A stretch of 64,000 nucleotides of DNA. Origin: an uncultured Mycoplasmatota bacterium. Lineage in GTDB: Bacteria; Bacillota_I; Bacilli_A; RF39; UBA660. A model generated the notes under the pieces. That model saw nothing but the letters and a program-made list of their open reading frames with translations. It was not told the origin of the DNA and searched no databases. Of the stretch, positions 30,893 through 41,449 are shown one piece after another (the first letter of the stretch is position 1; each line of letters begins with the position of its first letter). The DNA is taken from NCBI GenBank assembly GCA_900547775.1, contig URHW01000003.1:3874-67873 (forward strand). Direction: 5' to 3'. A program made the position numbers and the translations under genes.

Positions 30893-32014
30893 CTACTTAT
30901 TAGGTTTGCCTCTTTTACCGCCGATGTCATCAGGACTAATTCCTTTAACTTTGCGGTAGTATGCGATAAGTTGAGATATGGTTACACTAGCAAGCATTCT
31001 AAATAGATTTCCTAATGTTTGATAATCTCTATCATTTATACATTTTAAATAAATACTTTTCATTGATGATGTAATGATTACGGGTGCTAAATGATTATGT
31101 AGTAAATGGGCGTTTGTAATTATTCTGCCAGTTCTTCCATTACCATCTTCGAATGGGTGAATTCTTTCAAATTCGATATGGAATTTGGCTTCTCTTTCAT
31201 AGAAAGCTCTTAGGTATGCTTCTTTTGCATTTTCTTTTTCTTCTGCAGTATTAAAGTCCATATCAAAGTCAAATGCAGGTATGTCTAGGGCCCATTCAGT
31301 GTTATATTTATGAACTAATTCTTGCATTTTGATTGGAACTAGTTCTTTTGAACATGGCTTAAATTCAGCACCGAAGATACAGTTATCGACTTTTTTATAG
31401 CCTTCACTAATTCCTTCATTATAATTAACCATACTATCTATTCTAATAATATCTTTTACTGTAATGTCATCAAGAACTAATGCATAATCGAATGCTGCTA
31501 AAAAGCCTTTTTTAGTTGATTTTGCTTTCATGTCAGCAGTACTCATGTTGGTTACTAATTGACATAATTCTCGGGTTTTATCAATTAAAGTTTCTTCTTC
31601 GTATGGCATGCCGACAAGTTTTCCTTCACTTCTTGCTTTTTCTAGTTCGACATTGTTTCTAAATGGTCTTACTGCTCCTTTAATGAAGGTTGTATAATCA
31701 TTGATACATGGTGAATAGAGATTTAAGGTTTCATCAATTAGAAAACCTTTTTCAGGAACACCTAGGTATTTTAAATAGTCTAAAACGTTTTTTACTCTTT
31801 CTGCGTATAAACCAGGAGAAGTCTTAGCTAAAAAACTAGCGTAATAAACATTTTCTGGTGAAATGAATTTTTTAAGTTCGAATTCAGCATCGTTTTTGGC
31901 TTTAAAGGCTTCTTCTAAGGCTGAACTAGTATAGGCAAATGCTTCACCAAAGAGAGTTTTCATATATGTATTAAAAAAATTATCATTAAACTCAAAGTCC
32001 TCTATTTTTTTCAT
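30893..32014 (-). CDS. Fic/DOC family protein
   Basis: Fic motif HPFEDGNGRTGR; start placed at MKKIEDFEF (GAAGGGG RBS) rather than track start at 32077. Confidence 0.75.
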   Translation of the reverse strand: MKKIEDFEFNDNFFNTYMKTLFGEAFAYTSSALEEAFKAKNDAEFELKKFISPENVYYASFLAKTSPGLYAERVKNVLDYLKYLGVPEKGFLIDETLNLYSPCINDYTTFIKGAVRPFRNNVELEKARSEGKLVGMPYEEETLIDKTRELCQLVTNMSTADMKAKSTKKGFLAAFDYALVLDDITVKDIIRIDSMVNYNEGISEGYKKVDNCIFGAEFKPCSKELVPIKMQELVHKYNTEWALDIPAFDFDMDFNTAEEKENAKEAYLRAFYEREAKFHIEFERIHPFEDGNGRTGRIITNAHLLHNHLAPVIITSSMKSIYLKCINDRDYQTLGNLFRMLASVTISQLIAYYRKVKGISPDDIGGKRGKPNK

Positions 32015-32094
32015 AAATATCCCCTTCTTTTGACTGATTATCTTAGCAGAAAAACATATGTTTGTCAAGAAAGGCAAAATAAAAAGCCCGAAGG

Positions 32095-32646
32095 CTATTT
32101 ATCTAGTAGTTTTGCTATCTCATTGATATTCTTCTTAAACATAATAGTATCTATAATATTAGATACACTATAGACAGTAATAAGAATACCTAGATATGTA
32201 GTAAGTGCTACTGTTCCAATACTTGGATAGAAAATAATTATTAGACCACAGGCAATAGATATAACTGCACATATTGCAAGACCAAGCCAGTTGCTGTAAC
32301 CATTTTTATTAAGTAAGAATGAGAATCTTAAATCAATTGCACTTTTACTAATCATGATGATACCAGTTACTATTGGGAATAATGTTTTAACAATATCAGG
32401 GTTTAAAAACATCACTACTCCTAATAAGATTTCAACTACTCCAAAAGTAATAAAACCTGTAAAGAAAATACTAGTTTCTTTCTCAAATAAGAAATAAATA
32501 CCATTTATAATAAGAACAATTGCTAAGATATATGTAATGGTGTTAAATGATGCTTCTGGTTCAATAATAAAGATAATACCTATTACAAACATTAATATTG
32601 ACAAAGCAATTGAAGAATATAAAAATTTATTTATTTTACTTAACAT
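32095..32646 (-). CDS. Polytopic membrane protein (DUF308/HdeD-like)
   Basis: About 6 predicted TM helices, 183 aa. Confidence 0.4.
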   Translation of the reverse strand: MLSKINKFLYSSIALSILMFVIGIIFIIEPEASFNTITYILAIVLIINGIYFLFEKETSIFFTGFITFGVVEILLGVVMFLNPDIVKTLFPIVTGIIMISKSAIDLRFSFLLNKNGYSNWLGLAICAVISIACGLIIIFYPSIGTVALTTYLGILITVYSVSNIIDTIMFKKNINEIAKLLDK

Positions 32647-33017
32647 AAGACTGCTCCTTTCTACTTTAATTTTAAGTTATATTAAGTATAAAGTAAATAT
32701 ACAAAATTGTTAAATCTGTCTAAATACTTTTACTATTAACATATAATTTGTAAACATTTAAATCAATATTACTATTGGTAGTATTCACATTATCTAAAGA
32801 AGTTATGTATGTATCTCCAATTTATTTATCATAATTTAACTTATATATAATCATGTTTCTGGTGTCTAGATGCATGGTATCTATTTCAAATAAATTGGCT
32901 TTTACATTTACTTTTTACATAACTCTTACATATTATTTTTATTTTGATTTGCGATCTACATTTTTAAAAAATGTTTAATATGTGTTTGGTTAAGGTACTA
33001 CTGGGTAATAAATTTAT

Positions 33018-33773
33018 TTAGTCTAATGATGTTATGATAAAGAAGTTTTCATTATCTGTTTCATTTATGTTTTCTTCTGGAAGTGTTCCATTATATGCTA
33101 CCCAGTATCTAGCACTATTATGAAACCATACACTGATTTTTTCATAAGACTGATACTTAATAGTTCTATCTTCTTTTGAAGAGTATTTATCTCTTGTATT
33201 ATCTGTTACAATATGAATTTTATCGTTTTTAGAATCATATAAAACATCTGTTATTATGATATCTCCTTCTGTTGTAGTTTGTACTACTCTAACAAAAGCA
33301 TCTCTTTTCTTATTATATTTACTAGTGAAACCAGAAAATAGTTTATCATTTATAGGTGATCCAGTAACATAACAATTATCCTTCCTAGCATCAGAAATAG
33401 TATAATTTTTGCTTAGGTCTCTAATATCGTTATATTGAGTTAAAGGGGTTTTATAGAAGTCATCTATATTATTTATTGAATCGGTTAGTTCATATTTCAT
33501 AAACCAACTCCCCATTTTAGTACCTCTATTATTTTTATATGGCTCATTAGGTGATACGCTTATGTATCTAACTATTTTATAACCTAGGCCAAAGTATGTA
33601 ACTTTTCTTCCATCTTTACTAGTTATTTTTATTGTGTATTTTGGTTCATGACCTGTGCTTACTCTTCCACCATCAATATAACTTGTGATTAAACCAACAA
33701 GTATAATTATAACTAGGATGCTTGTGATAATGATTAATTTCTTCTTTTTCATAAGAGCTCCTTTATTAAACAT
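33018..33773 (-). CDS. Hypothetical membrane-anchored extracytoplasmic protein
   Basis: N-terminal TM, 251 aa. Confidence 0.35.
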   Translation of the reverse strand: MFNKGALMKKKKLIIITSILVIIILVGLITSYIDGGRVSTGHEPKYTIKITSKDGRKVTYFGLGYKIVRYISVSPNEPYKNNRGTKMGSWFMKYELTDSINNIDDFYKTPLTQYNDIRDLSKNYTISDARKDNCYVTGSPINDKLFSGFTSKYNKKRDAFVRVVQTTTEGDIIITDVLYDSKNDKIHIVTDNTRDKYSSKEDRTIKYQSYEKISVWFHNSARYWVAYNGTLPEENINETDNENFFIITSLD

Positions 33774-33822
33774 ATTATATCATGTATATTTTTAGGTGTA
33801 AATTTATAAAAAAGATAAAGTT

Positions 33823-34224
33823 TCAAACTTTAGGAGTAAAAGCTTCATCCCAGTCAACATATCCTTCATCTTCATAGTCTTTGCAACTTAGTTTTATATC
33901 CCATGACCATATATGATTTTCATTACATTCTGGAATAATATAGGCTTTACAATATGATTTGTTATCTGTGTCTAGAAATTTTTCTTTGTCCATGCCACCA
34001 TTATATACTAAATCTTTATGGGTTATTAAAGGCGTGCCTTCATCGGTGTTACATTTTGGTGCGATAACATACATGTATCTTTCTAGTTCGGTATTTATGT
34101 CTTCTTTTATTTCAGTATATCTTTTTTGTTTTGATTCTTTGATATATGCATTTACTAGAAATATAGCACCTATAATTATGACAATTATAAATAATATTAT
34201 TAATACTTTTTTTATATACTTCAT
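33823..34224 (-). CDS. Hypothetical membrane-anchored protein
   Basis: N-terminal TM, 4 Cys, 133 aa. Confidence 0.35.
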   Translation of the reverse strand: MKYIKKVLIILFIIVIIIGAIFLVNAYIKESKQKRYTEIKEDINTELERYMYVIAPKCNTDEGTPLITHKDLVYNGGMDKEKFLDTDNKSYCKAYIIPECNENHIWSWDIKLSCKDYEDEGYVDWDEAFTPKV

Positions 34225-34228
34225 ATAT

Positions 34229-34813
34229 CTATTTTACTGAAAAACCTTTCTTTAGTTCGTTTATAATATTTTCTTTTAAGGTAATACTTAGTGTGATAAG
34301 TAAGAATAAAGCAACTACCCCCATTACAGTTAGAGGCCAGCTATCTTTTTCATGATAAAATGATAGACCTATGATAGAACTAAAAATAGATAATAATATT
34401 AAGAATAAGAAGGGAAAAATGTTTTGTTTTTGTCTTTCTATATCAGTAAAAAATAATACTGATGTTACTATAAGACCACTAAAGATTAAAATTGGTACTG
34501 CCTCTAAAGCCCAACCTGGTGCTAAGAAAACATCTATGGTTATAAGAAGTAAACTGGTTAAAGTAATAAGTTTAACAAACTGACTTATTCTGTTATATTC
34601 AACTAAGTCTCTAGATATAACTAAATCCCATAACATATAAATTGACATTAAGACAACTAAACTCCAAGCTTTACCGCCAATAATTAGATTAATAATTGGA
34701 CAAATTACTACTGCAATAAGTAGTGGCCACTTCATAAAATTTATTAATCTTTGATGTTTGATTATTTTAGGAGATACTTTAGGATATGTTATTTTAATTT
34801 TCATATAAACCAC
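34229..34813 (-). CDS. Hypothetical polytopic membrane protein
   Basis: Multiple TM helices, 194 aa. Confidence 0.35.
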   Translation of the reverse strand: MVYMKIKITYPKVSPKIIKHQRLINFMKWPLLIAVVICPIINLIIGGKAWSLVVLMSIYMLWDLVISRDLVEYNRISQFVKLITLTSLLLITIDVFLAPGWALEAVPILIFSGLIVTSVLFFTDIERQKQNIFPFLFLILLSIFSSIIGLSFYHEKDSWPLTVMGVVALFLLITLSITLKENIINELKKGFSVK

Positions 34814-36275
34814 TTCCTTCTACAGTTACATTTATATTATTATTTTCTAATAATTCGTAAAGTTTTTCTTCAAAGGTAGGATCAACTGTCATTTTACTAA
34901 TTGAAAATGTTGTTATGTTATTTACAGTTACTACTGAGCAGCCAGCTCTATTAGTAATGCCTATTCCTAAAATAAAGTCCATACTTTCAATTTTACTTGA
35001 AAGTTCTTCTGGTAGTTTTATTACGCCTAAATTAGATAATGTATTAGAAAATATCTTGTCGCCAAGAAAACCATAAACTATTTTAGCTATAGGGGCTTTA
35101 ATTAATAGAGGTATATATTTAAGCATACTAGTCATTTTCTTTGTTGATGTAACCATTTTAGTCATCTCTTCTTTTGATGCTTTCACATCTAATTGTTTAG
35201 TTATTTTGTCAATTATATCTTCTATATTTGTTATTTTATCTATTTCTAATCTAATACCACAATACATTGAGAAGTTACGAAGAGTTTTTGTTGGATAGTA
35301 TTTACGCATATTTACTGGAACTTGGATACTTATATCACCATTTAGTTTATCAGTTGCACTTTTTTCAGCAATAAACATTAGAGCAAGTAAGTATGAGGTT
35401 ATTGTTGTATTATATTTTTGGGAGGCTTCTTTTAATTTATTAGTATCCATTTTAAAATGAATTATTTTACATGGTCTAACTTTAGATAGTTTGCCATCCA
35501 TCTGCACAGCCATTTTATCTATGAAGCCTGAGGTGCTAAGAGCGTTTGGTACGTTTTTAAAAGCATTTTCATATTCTTCTTTTGAAGGCTCATCATTTAT
35601 ATTAAGTACTAGGTCACTTTTAGGTATACTCTCTCCAAGAAGTTTTAGGTATTCTGCTGTTAGTGATGTTAAGAATGCTATGCCTCCAGTTCCATCAGTA
35701 AGAACATGAAAGAACTCAATACTAATTCTATTTTGATAGTATTTTACTCTAAAGGATTGAGATCCACTTACTGATACTTTAATTGGCTGAGATGGAATAT
35801 CGCACTCTTCTTCTACTTTAAATCTTCTTTTGGTGGTATCTAAATAATGCCAGAAGAAACCCTTTTTTAAAGTAGTTGCAAATGTAGGAAATCTTTTAAT
35901 AGTAAAGTTTAGGGCCATTTGTAAGATTTCTGGTACTATATTTTCTTTTAAATAAACGGATAATCTAAAGATAGCCATTCTATCATGAGCCATTGATAAT
36001 GGATATATTTTAGCAGCATCATCTAAAGGGAACCACAATACAGGAGGTCTTGCGTAAAAGCCACCTAAGTTTTTTGTATCTAAATAAGATAACGTCTTTT
36101 TTAAATCGGTATCTTTTTTATGGTAATAAATAATTGCTTTTTCAAAGTCATCTCTAAGTTTTTCTTTATTCTTTTTATTTAATAAACAGTGCTCATCAAA
36201 TGAAGTAAAAAAATCTTTTAATAGTGTTTGTTCTTCTTTGGTAAGTGTTTTTATATATTCATTAAATTCTTCCAT
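34794..36275 (-). CDS. HxxxDG-motif acyltransferase (condensation/WS-DGAT/PapA5-like superfamily)
   Basis: FHVLTDGTGG matches HHxxxDG catalytic motif; 493 aa; overlaps downstream membrane gene by 20 nt. Confidence 0.5.
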   Translation of the reverse strand: MEEFNEYIKTLTKEEQTLLKDFFTSFDEHCLLNKKNKEKLRDDFEKAIIYYHKKDTDLKKTLSYLDTKNLGGFYARPPVLWFPLDDAAKIYPLSMAHDRMAIFRLSVYLKENIVPEILQMALNFTIKRFPTFATTLKKGFFWHYLDTTKRRFKVEEECDIPSQPIKVSVSGSQSFRVKYYQNRISIEFFHVLTDGTGGIAFLTSLTAEYLKLLGESIPKSDLVLNINDEPSKEEYENAFKNVPNALSTSGFIDKMAVQMDGKLSKVRPCKIIHFKMDTNKLKEASQKYNTTITSYLLALMFIAEKSATDKLNGDISIQVPVNMRKYYPTKTLRNFSMYCGIRLEIDKITNIEDIIDKITKQLDVKASKEEMTKMVTSTKKMTSMLKYIPLLIKAPIAKIVYGFLGDKIFSNTLSNLGVIKLPEELSSKIESMDFILGIGITNRAGCSVVTVNNITTFSISKMTVDPTFEEKLYELLENNNINVTVEGSGLYEN

Positions 36276-36315
36276 GATATCACCACTTGTTATATTCTAT
36301 CATATTTTATTTTAT

Positions 36316-36687
36316 TTAGTTTGTCATTTCTCTTTGAATCCAAAGCATTAATACATCAATAATATAATTAATTTCTTCATTTGTAAGTTTGTGTCCTTTT
36401 TTTATATTATGAATCTTTTCTAGGCATCCTCTGCAGCAACAACCAGTAGCGTGCTGTGCAATAAAAACAGGATGGACTTGTTTCATTGGGGTTTGCTTTC
36501 CATCGTTAATGGGGTTTTCTTGGGCAAGTCTTTTTGTTATTAAATCTCTTGCGTCTGATTTTATTTTATCAAGTCCTTTTTCTCTAACATAATCTTTCAT
36601 TTTTTTGTTTAAGTGAAATGAGCCTCTAAATTTACTTTTAGATAAAGAGTTAAGCAAATTATTAATATTATTATTCAATATTATCAT
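36316..36687 (-). CDS. Hypothetical Cys-rich protein
   Basis: CCCRGC cluster; 123 aa. Confidence 0.3.
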   Translation of the reverse strand: MIILNNNINNLLNSLSKSKFRGSFHLNKKMKDYVREKGLDKIKSDARDLITKRLAQENPINDGKQTPMKQVHPVFIAQHATGCCCRGCLEKIHNIKKGHKLTNEEINYIIDVLMLWIQREMTN

Positions 36688-37162
36688 CCTTTACTATATT
36701 AGCAAATTTGCAATTTATAATTTTTTCTAAATTTGTTAGTTCTACTTCTACTTGATAGCCAATTTTACCAGCACTAAATATTATTTCAGTAAAGTTTTTA
36801 GCAGAGGAATCTATTATTACTTTAAATGGTTTTTTTAAGCCAATTGGTGAGCAACCACCATGGACATAACCAGTCAGTTGTAATAGTTCTTTTTGAGGGA
36901 TCATTTCAATACTTTTCTCATTAACACTTTGAGCACATTTTTTTAAGTCTAATTCTTTATGAACAGGCACCATAAATACATAATTTTGTTTAGACTTTGA
37001 TACAGTTACTAATGTTTTAAATACTTTGTTTGGATCTTCATTTAAAACTCTAGCAACATCTACTCCACTTATCGCATCTGTGTCTCCATAAAAATATTCG
37101 TTGTACTTTATTTTCTTTTGCTCTAGTATTCTCATAACATTTGTTTTTTCCATAGTCATCAC
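36671..37162 (-). CDS. ybaK: Cys-tRNA(Pro)/Cys-tRNA(Cys) deacylase YbaK
   Basis: YbaK/ProX deacylase-like sequence with GGCSPIG; 163 aa. Confidence 0.65.
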   Translation of the reverse strand: MMTMEKTNVMRILEQKKIKYNEYFYGDTDAISGVDVARVLNEDPNKVFKTLVTVSKSKQNYVFMVPVHKELDLKKCAQSVNEKSIEMIPQKELLQLTGYVHGGCSPIGLKKPFKVIIDSSAKNFTEIIFSAGKIGYQVEVELTNLEKIINCKFANIVKDDNIE

Positions 37163-37307
37163 CTTTATTGTTTAGTTCTTTTTATTTTTATCTAATTTTT
37201 TAAAACTCTGTTATTATCTTTCCATAAAGTATAAAATTATTATCTAAAAATTTACCAACCTCATTTATTATTTTATTAAATATATTTTTTTACTTATTTC
37301 ACACTGC

Positions 37308-37607
37308 CTACTTTAAATTTATATAATACATAATTTCTTTTTTTAAACTGTTTGCATACTCTATTTCCAACTTTGTACTTTCTCCAATATAATTATTTAT
37401 ATTTACTACTAATATGGCATCGGATAATTCTATCTTCTTAAAATGGCTTTTCTTTAATTTAATTATTTCTTCTTCAGTTCTTTCAGTGCCACTTATTGTA
37501 GGGTAAATAGGTGTAAGAATGCAATAACCTTCTAAGGTCATCATTTCTGCTAATTTCATCATCTCTTTTTGATATTTAAGACTTCCACATAATGTTACTA
37601 TTTTCAT
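37308..37607 (-). CDS. Hypothetical protein (Rossmann-like, possible nucleoside deoxyribosyltransferase-like)
   Basis: MKIVTLCGSLKY start typical of NDT-like proteins; weak. Confidence 0.3.
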   Translation of the reverse strand: MKIVTLCGSLKYQKEMMKLAEMMTLEGYCILTPIYPTISGTERTEEEIIKLKKSHFKKIELSDAILVVNINNYIGESTKLEIEYANSLKKEIMYYINLK

Positions 37608-37650
37608 GAGTTCTCCTTCTATTACATCTTACGGTTTATCTTAGTATAAT

Positions 37651-38232
37651 TTATTTGTTTTTTCTAATTTCTGACATAAAATAATAGCTTATATCTTTAC
37701 CTTCATAATCAGCATTTATTTTAAAAATATACATTCCATTTACTTTAGGGGTAATAATATAATCATTTGAATATTTTATGGTCATATCTATGTATTTTTT
37801 TGTTTGATAATCAAATAATTCAACTGATTTAATCATGCCATCTAAATTTTCTATAGATAGTTTGTTTTCATAATACGAAGAAATGATATCATAATTAAAA
37901 TCTTGAAAATCTATTTTATCTACACACTCACCGCTTTTATAGCAAAAACTTCCTGTTTCTGCTTTAATTATTTTATCATTACTTCTAATATTAATAACGT
38001 GTTCTGCTGTAAGATATGTATTTATGTTGTCATAGATTGTTATTCCTAAGATTTTTATTTTAAAACCATCGTCATAGCCTTTTATAGAGTCTTGATTTAT
38101 AATATGATATTTTGTAACACTATAAAGTAATGCCTTATATTCAGTTGAAGTACCATCTTTTAATTTTGTTGGAATCGGTATTAACATTAGTATTATTATA
38201 ATTAGAATTAGAATTATTTTTTTCTTTTTCAT
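37651..38232 (-). CDS. Hypothetical secreted/membrane-anchored protein
   Basis: N-terminal hydrophobic segment; 193 aa. Confidence 0.35.
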   Translation of the reverse strand: MKKKKIILILIIIILMLIPIPTKLKDGTSTEYKALLYSVTKYHIINQDSIKGYDDGFKIKILGITIYDNINTYLTAEHVINIRSNDKIIKAETGSFCYKSGECVDKIDFQDFNYDIISSYYENKLSIENLDGMIKSVELFDYQTKKYIDMTIKYSNDYIITPKVNGMYIFKINADYEGKDISYYFMSEIRKNK

Positions 38233-38354
38233 TTTTACCTCATAATAAAACGTGCACGAATTACTTCTTGTATGGTAATTATATCATGATTTTTACTGAT
38301 TTTAAAGTTTATCTTACTGATTATTTTGCCAGTTATTCCATAAAAAAAGAAGCA

Positions 38355-39512
38355 TTAAGCTCCTATTAATATTTTATTTAAATTTCTTTTGTATAAGTCC
38401 CAGATATTTGCTTTCTTAATACTTTCCATAACAGTTATTGGTAGGCTTTCTTTTTCTATTCCACCTTCTAATATTTGCATTTGACCAACTATATCTCCCA
38501 CTTTAACTGGAGCTTTTATTGGTTTTACTAATATGTTAAAACTATATTTTTTATCATCATTAATTTCCTCTAAGCTAGTAGCATCACTAATTAGTTTTAA
38601 ATTAGCGTATTCTTTTTTACCATTTAATACTTTAACCTCACCTAGATTTTTGTCTTTTTCCATAATTACTTTTATTTTATAATTAGCAAAGCCATGATTC
38701 ATAAGTTTGATAGTATCATTGCTTCTATCTTCGGTTGTCGCTTCATTCATAACTACGCTTATTAAGCGCATACCATTTCTTTTTGCAGTTGCGGTAAGAC
38801 AGTAACCGGCTTTTTTAGTAAAACCTGTTTTTAGACCATCAAGACCATTATAATATTTAATTAGTTTGTTGGTGTTTACCATCCAGGTTCTAGTTCCGTC
38901 TGGCTTATTTAGAAATTCTTCATAGATGCTTGTGTAGTTAAGAATTTTTTCATGTTTTAGTAGTTCTCTAGCCATAATGCTCATATCTCTTGCAGTTGTA
39001 AGATGGTTATCATCATCTAGGCCATGAACATTTACAAAGTTAGTGTTTTTGCATCCTAGTTCTTTGGCTTTTTCATTCATCATTTTAATAAAGCCTTCAG
39101 TGCTTCCACCAATATGCTCAGCCATAGCAACAGCAGCATCATTTGCACTAGCAATTGCAATACTTTTTAAAAGTTCTTTTACACTTAACTGACTACCCGC
39201 TTCTAAGAATACTTGACTACCACCCATTGATGCAGCATTATTACTAATATTTACTTTTTCTTCTAAATTAATCTTTCCTGATTCTAGGGCCTCCATAATT
39301 AGTAACATTGTCATAACTTTAGTCATAGACGCTGGATGTAGTTTTTCATCAGCATTTGTTTCATTTAATACTTTGCCAGTTGATGCCTCGATTAAAATGC
39401 TTGACTTAGCACTTAGTTCTAGGTCTTCCGCACTTACCATAAGTGGCATCATTATTAGACAAATAAATAGAAATAACTTCTTCACATAATCACCTATTAA
39501 AAAGTATTCCAA
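38355..39512 (-). CDS. dacA: D-alanyl-D-alanine carboxypeptidase (PBP5/DacA family)
   Basis: SMTK (SxxK), SAND (SxN), KTGF (KTG) motifs; signal peptide. Confidence 0.85.
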   Translation of the reverse strand: MEYFLIGDYVKKLFLFICLIMMPLMVSAEDLELSAKSSILIEASTGKVLNETNADEKLHPASMTKVMTMLLIMEALESGKINLEEKVNISNNAASMGGSQVFLEAGSQLSVKELLKSIAIASANDAAVAMAEHIGGSTEGFIKMMNEKAKELGCKNTNFVNVHGLDDDNHLTTARDMSIMARELLKHEKILNYTSIYEEFLNKPDGTRTWMVNTNKLIKYYNGLDGLKTGFTKKAGYCLTATAKRNGMRLISVVMNEATTEDRSNDTIKLMNHGFANYKIKVIMEKDKNLGEVKVLNGKKEYANLKLISDATSLEEINDDKKYSFNILVKPIKAPVKVGDIVGQMQILEGGIEKESLPITVMESIKKANIWDLYKRNLNKILIGA

Positions 39513-39536
39513 AAAATAAAAAAAAGACTTAAAGTC

Positions 39537-40391
39537 TTAATTATTATTATAGTTATCTAAAAATGAGTGATATTCTCCATCTTTGGTGGAACCTAAAATA
39601 CAGTTTAAGTTAACATTATCCATTGCTTTAAAGATATTATAATCAATATCTGGATTTAATTTCTTTAAGTCTTTAATTAGTCTTTTGATTTCGGCTCTTT
39701 TGCTTACACTTTCTTTAGAATCTTTTTCAGTAAATGAACATGCACAGTTTAAGAATGTCAAATCATTACTACGTTTCCAAGCAAGAACTGCGTCTTCTCG
39801 TACTAGGAATAATGGTCTAATAAGTTCTAGGCCTTCATAGTTGTCACTTTTAAGTTTAGGCATCATTGTTTTGATTTCTGAACCATAAAACATAGATAGA
39901 AGTGTAGTTTCAATAACATCATCAAAATGATGACCTAAGGCGATTTTATTACAGCCAAGCTCCTTAGCTTTACTATATAAATGTCCTCTTCTCATTCTAG
40001 CACAAAAGTAGCACGGGCTTTTTTTAAAGACTCCACTATCTACAACTTCAAAGATATTACTATTAAATATTTGTAAATCAACATTTAGTATTTTAGCATT
40101 TTCCTTAATCATATCTAGGTTTTTAGGACTATAACCTGGATTCATACAAACATATTCAGCATCGAATTTAGTTTCGCCATGTTTTTTTAGTTCTTCAATA
40201 CATTTAGCAAGTAGGAATGAATCTTTGCCACCACTAATACAAACCATTACTTTGTCCCCATCTTTAATAAGTTCATACTCTTTTACGGCTTTTACAAATC
40301 TACTCCATATTTCTTTACGATATTTTTTTATTATTGAGCGCTCTATTTCTTTATATTTTTCCATATTATACCTCGTAGTGGTAGTCTTCAA
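39537..40391 (-). CDS. ttcA: tRNA 2-thiocytidine biosynthesis protein TtcA-like PP-loop ATPase
   Basis: PP-loop CISGGKDS; ALGHHFDDVIETTLLSMF; CxxC motifs CYFCARMRRG and NCAC. Confidence 0.7.
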   Translation of the reverse strand: MKTTTTRYNMEKYKEIERSIIKKYRKEIWSRFVKAVKEYELIKDGDKVMVCISGGKDSFLLAKCIEELKKHGETKFDAEYVCMNPGYSPKNLDMIKENAKILNVDLQIFNSNIFEVVDSGVFKKSPCYFCARMRRGHLYSKAKELGCNKIALGHHFDDVIETTLLSMFYGSEIKTMMPKLKSDNYEGLELIRPLFLVREDAVLAWKRSNDLTFLNCACSFTEKDSKESVSKRAEIKRLIKDLKKLNPDIDYNIFKAMDNVNLNCILGSTKDGEYHSFLDNYNNN

Positions 40392-40791
40392 TTTCTTCTA
40401 TTGTATAGTCGTTTGGGGTAAAGTCTAGTGTATCTAAATCAAAGTAACCTAAAACGAAGGCACTTGGAACAAATGATGCATCTTTGTCATCTTCGAAAAT
40501 GTCGGTAGATCCTTTACTTAATGGGGTTATAAAGTCATATCCCATACTTTTAGGTACTCTGATTAAGACCATTTCATCTCTTTCCATTGCACCAAAACCT
40601 TTTTCATCAGTTAAAAACTTTTCAGGGTCTGTTATCATGTCAGGTGTAATTTCAACCATAGTTGTATAGTATTCTTTTTCAGCCATAAGCAGGCCATTTT
40701 CTATTATACTTTCACCTACTCCGTGGCCAGTAATATGATAAAAATATCTATAATCATTAAAATCAAATAATTTATTAAATAAATCTTGCAT
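40366..40791 (-). CDS. Hypothetical acidic protein
   Basis: 141 aa; overlaps ttcA start by 26 nt. Confidence 0.35.
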   Translation of the reverse strand: MQDLFNKLFDFNDYRYFYHITGHGVGESIIENGLLMAEKEYYTTMVEITPDMITDPEKFLTDEKGFGAMERDEMVLIRVPKSMGYDFITPLSKGSTDIFEDDKDASFVPSAFVLGYFDLDTLDFTPNDYTIEEIEDYHYEV

Positions 40792-40839
40792 AAAATCACC
40801 AATAAAATAATATCATAGTTTGAGCTTAAAAAAAAGAAC

Positions 40840-41376
40840 TTAGTGTACGTAAGTTCCGTGTAATTTAGCTAGTTCATCATCTGTTAAAGGATCGATTGTC
40901 CATTTGTTATCTGTCTTTGTTAAAGTAAAGTCAATTGTGTAAGTTACTCTATCTTTAGTGTTGTTATACGCTTTTATTTTGTACTCTAAACCTTTAGAAA
41001 CACTATAGACTCCATTATCGTTAAATTCGCCAGGATTGCTTGCTATATAACTTGTAGCATCTGCTTCTGTTTTATAATAATCGTATACTTCTATTTCTGC
41101 GGTAACTGTTGCTTTATCTCCATCTATTTTTTCATCTTTAATTTTATATTTTAAATCTTTATACTGTCTTTCATAAACTTTGCGATATTCATTTTTATAG
41201 TCATCTGCTGCATTAATACTATCTAGAAAATCGTCTAATTCTGTTTTTAAGTCAGTGCTGTTTGTTTGATACTTCATAAGAAGTGCTTCGACTTTACTTT
41301 TTGGACTATTTCCTAAACTACAACCTGTTACAACAAATAAAATTAATAAAACTAGTAAACCTTTAAATTTTTTCAT
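40840..41376 (-). CDS. Lipoprotein
   Basis: Signal peptide with lipobox VTGCS. Confidence 0.55.
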   Translation of the reverse strand: MKKFKGLLVLLILFVVTGCSLGNSPKSKVEALLMKYQTNSTDLKTELDDFLDSINAADDYKNEYRKVYERQYKDLKYKIKDEKIDGDKATVTAEIEVYDYYKTEADATSYIASNPGEFNDNGVYSVSKGLEYKIKAYNNTKDRVTYTIDFTLTKTDNKWTIDPLTDDELAKLHGTYVH

Positions 41377-41449
41377 ACCTTCCTCTTTCTAGTGTTATTA
41401 TGTAAAATAATCTTGAAATTATACATGTTTGTGATAAAATTATTTCAAG

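Noticed and set aside
41377-41449. Possible T-box leader upstream of trpS
   Set aside because: Only about 73 nt separate trpS from the upstream gene. That is too short for a T-box. No specifier or antiterminator structure is seen.
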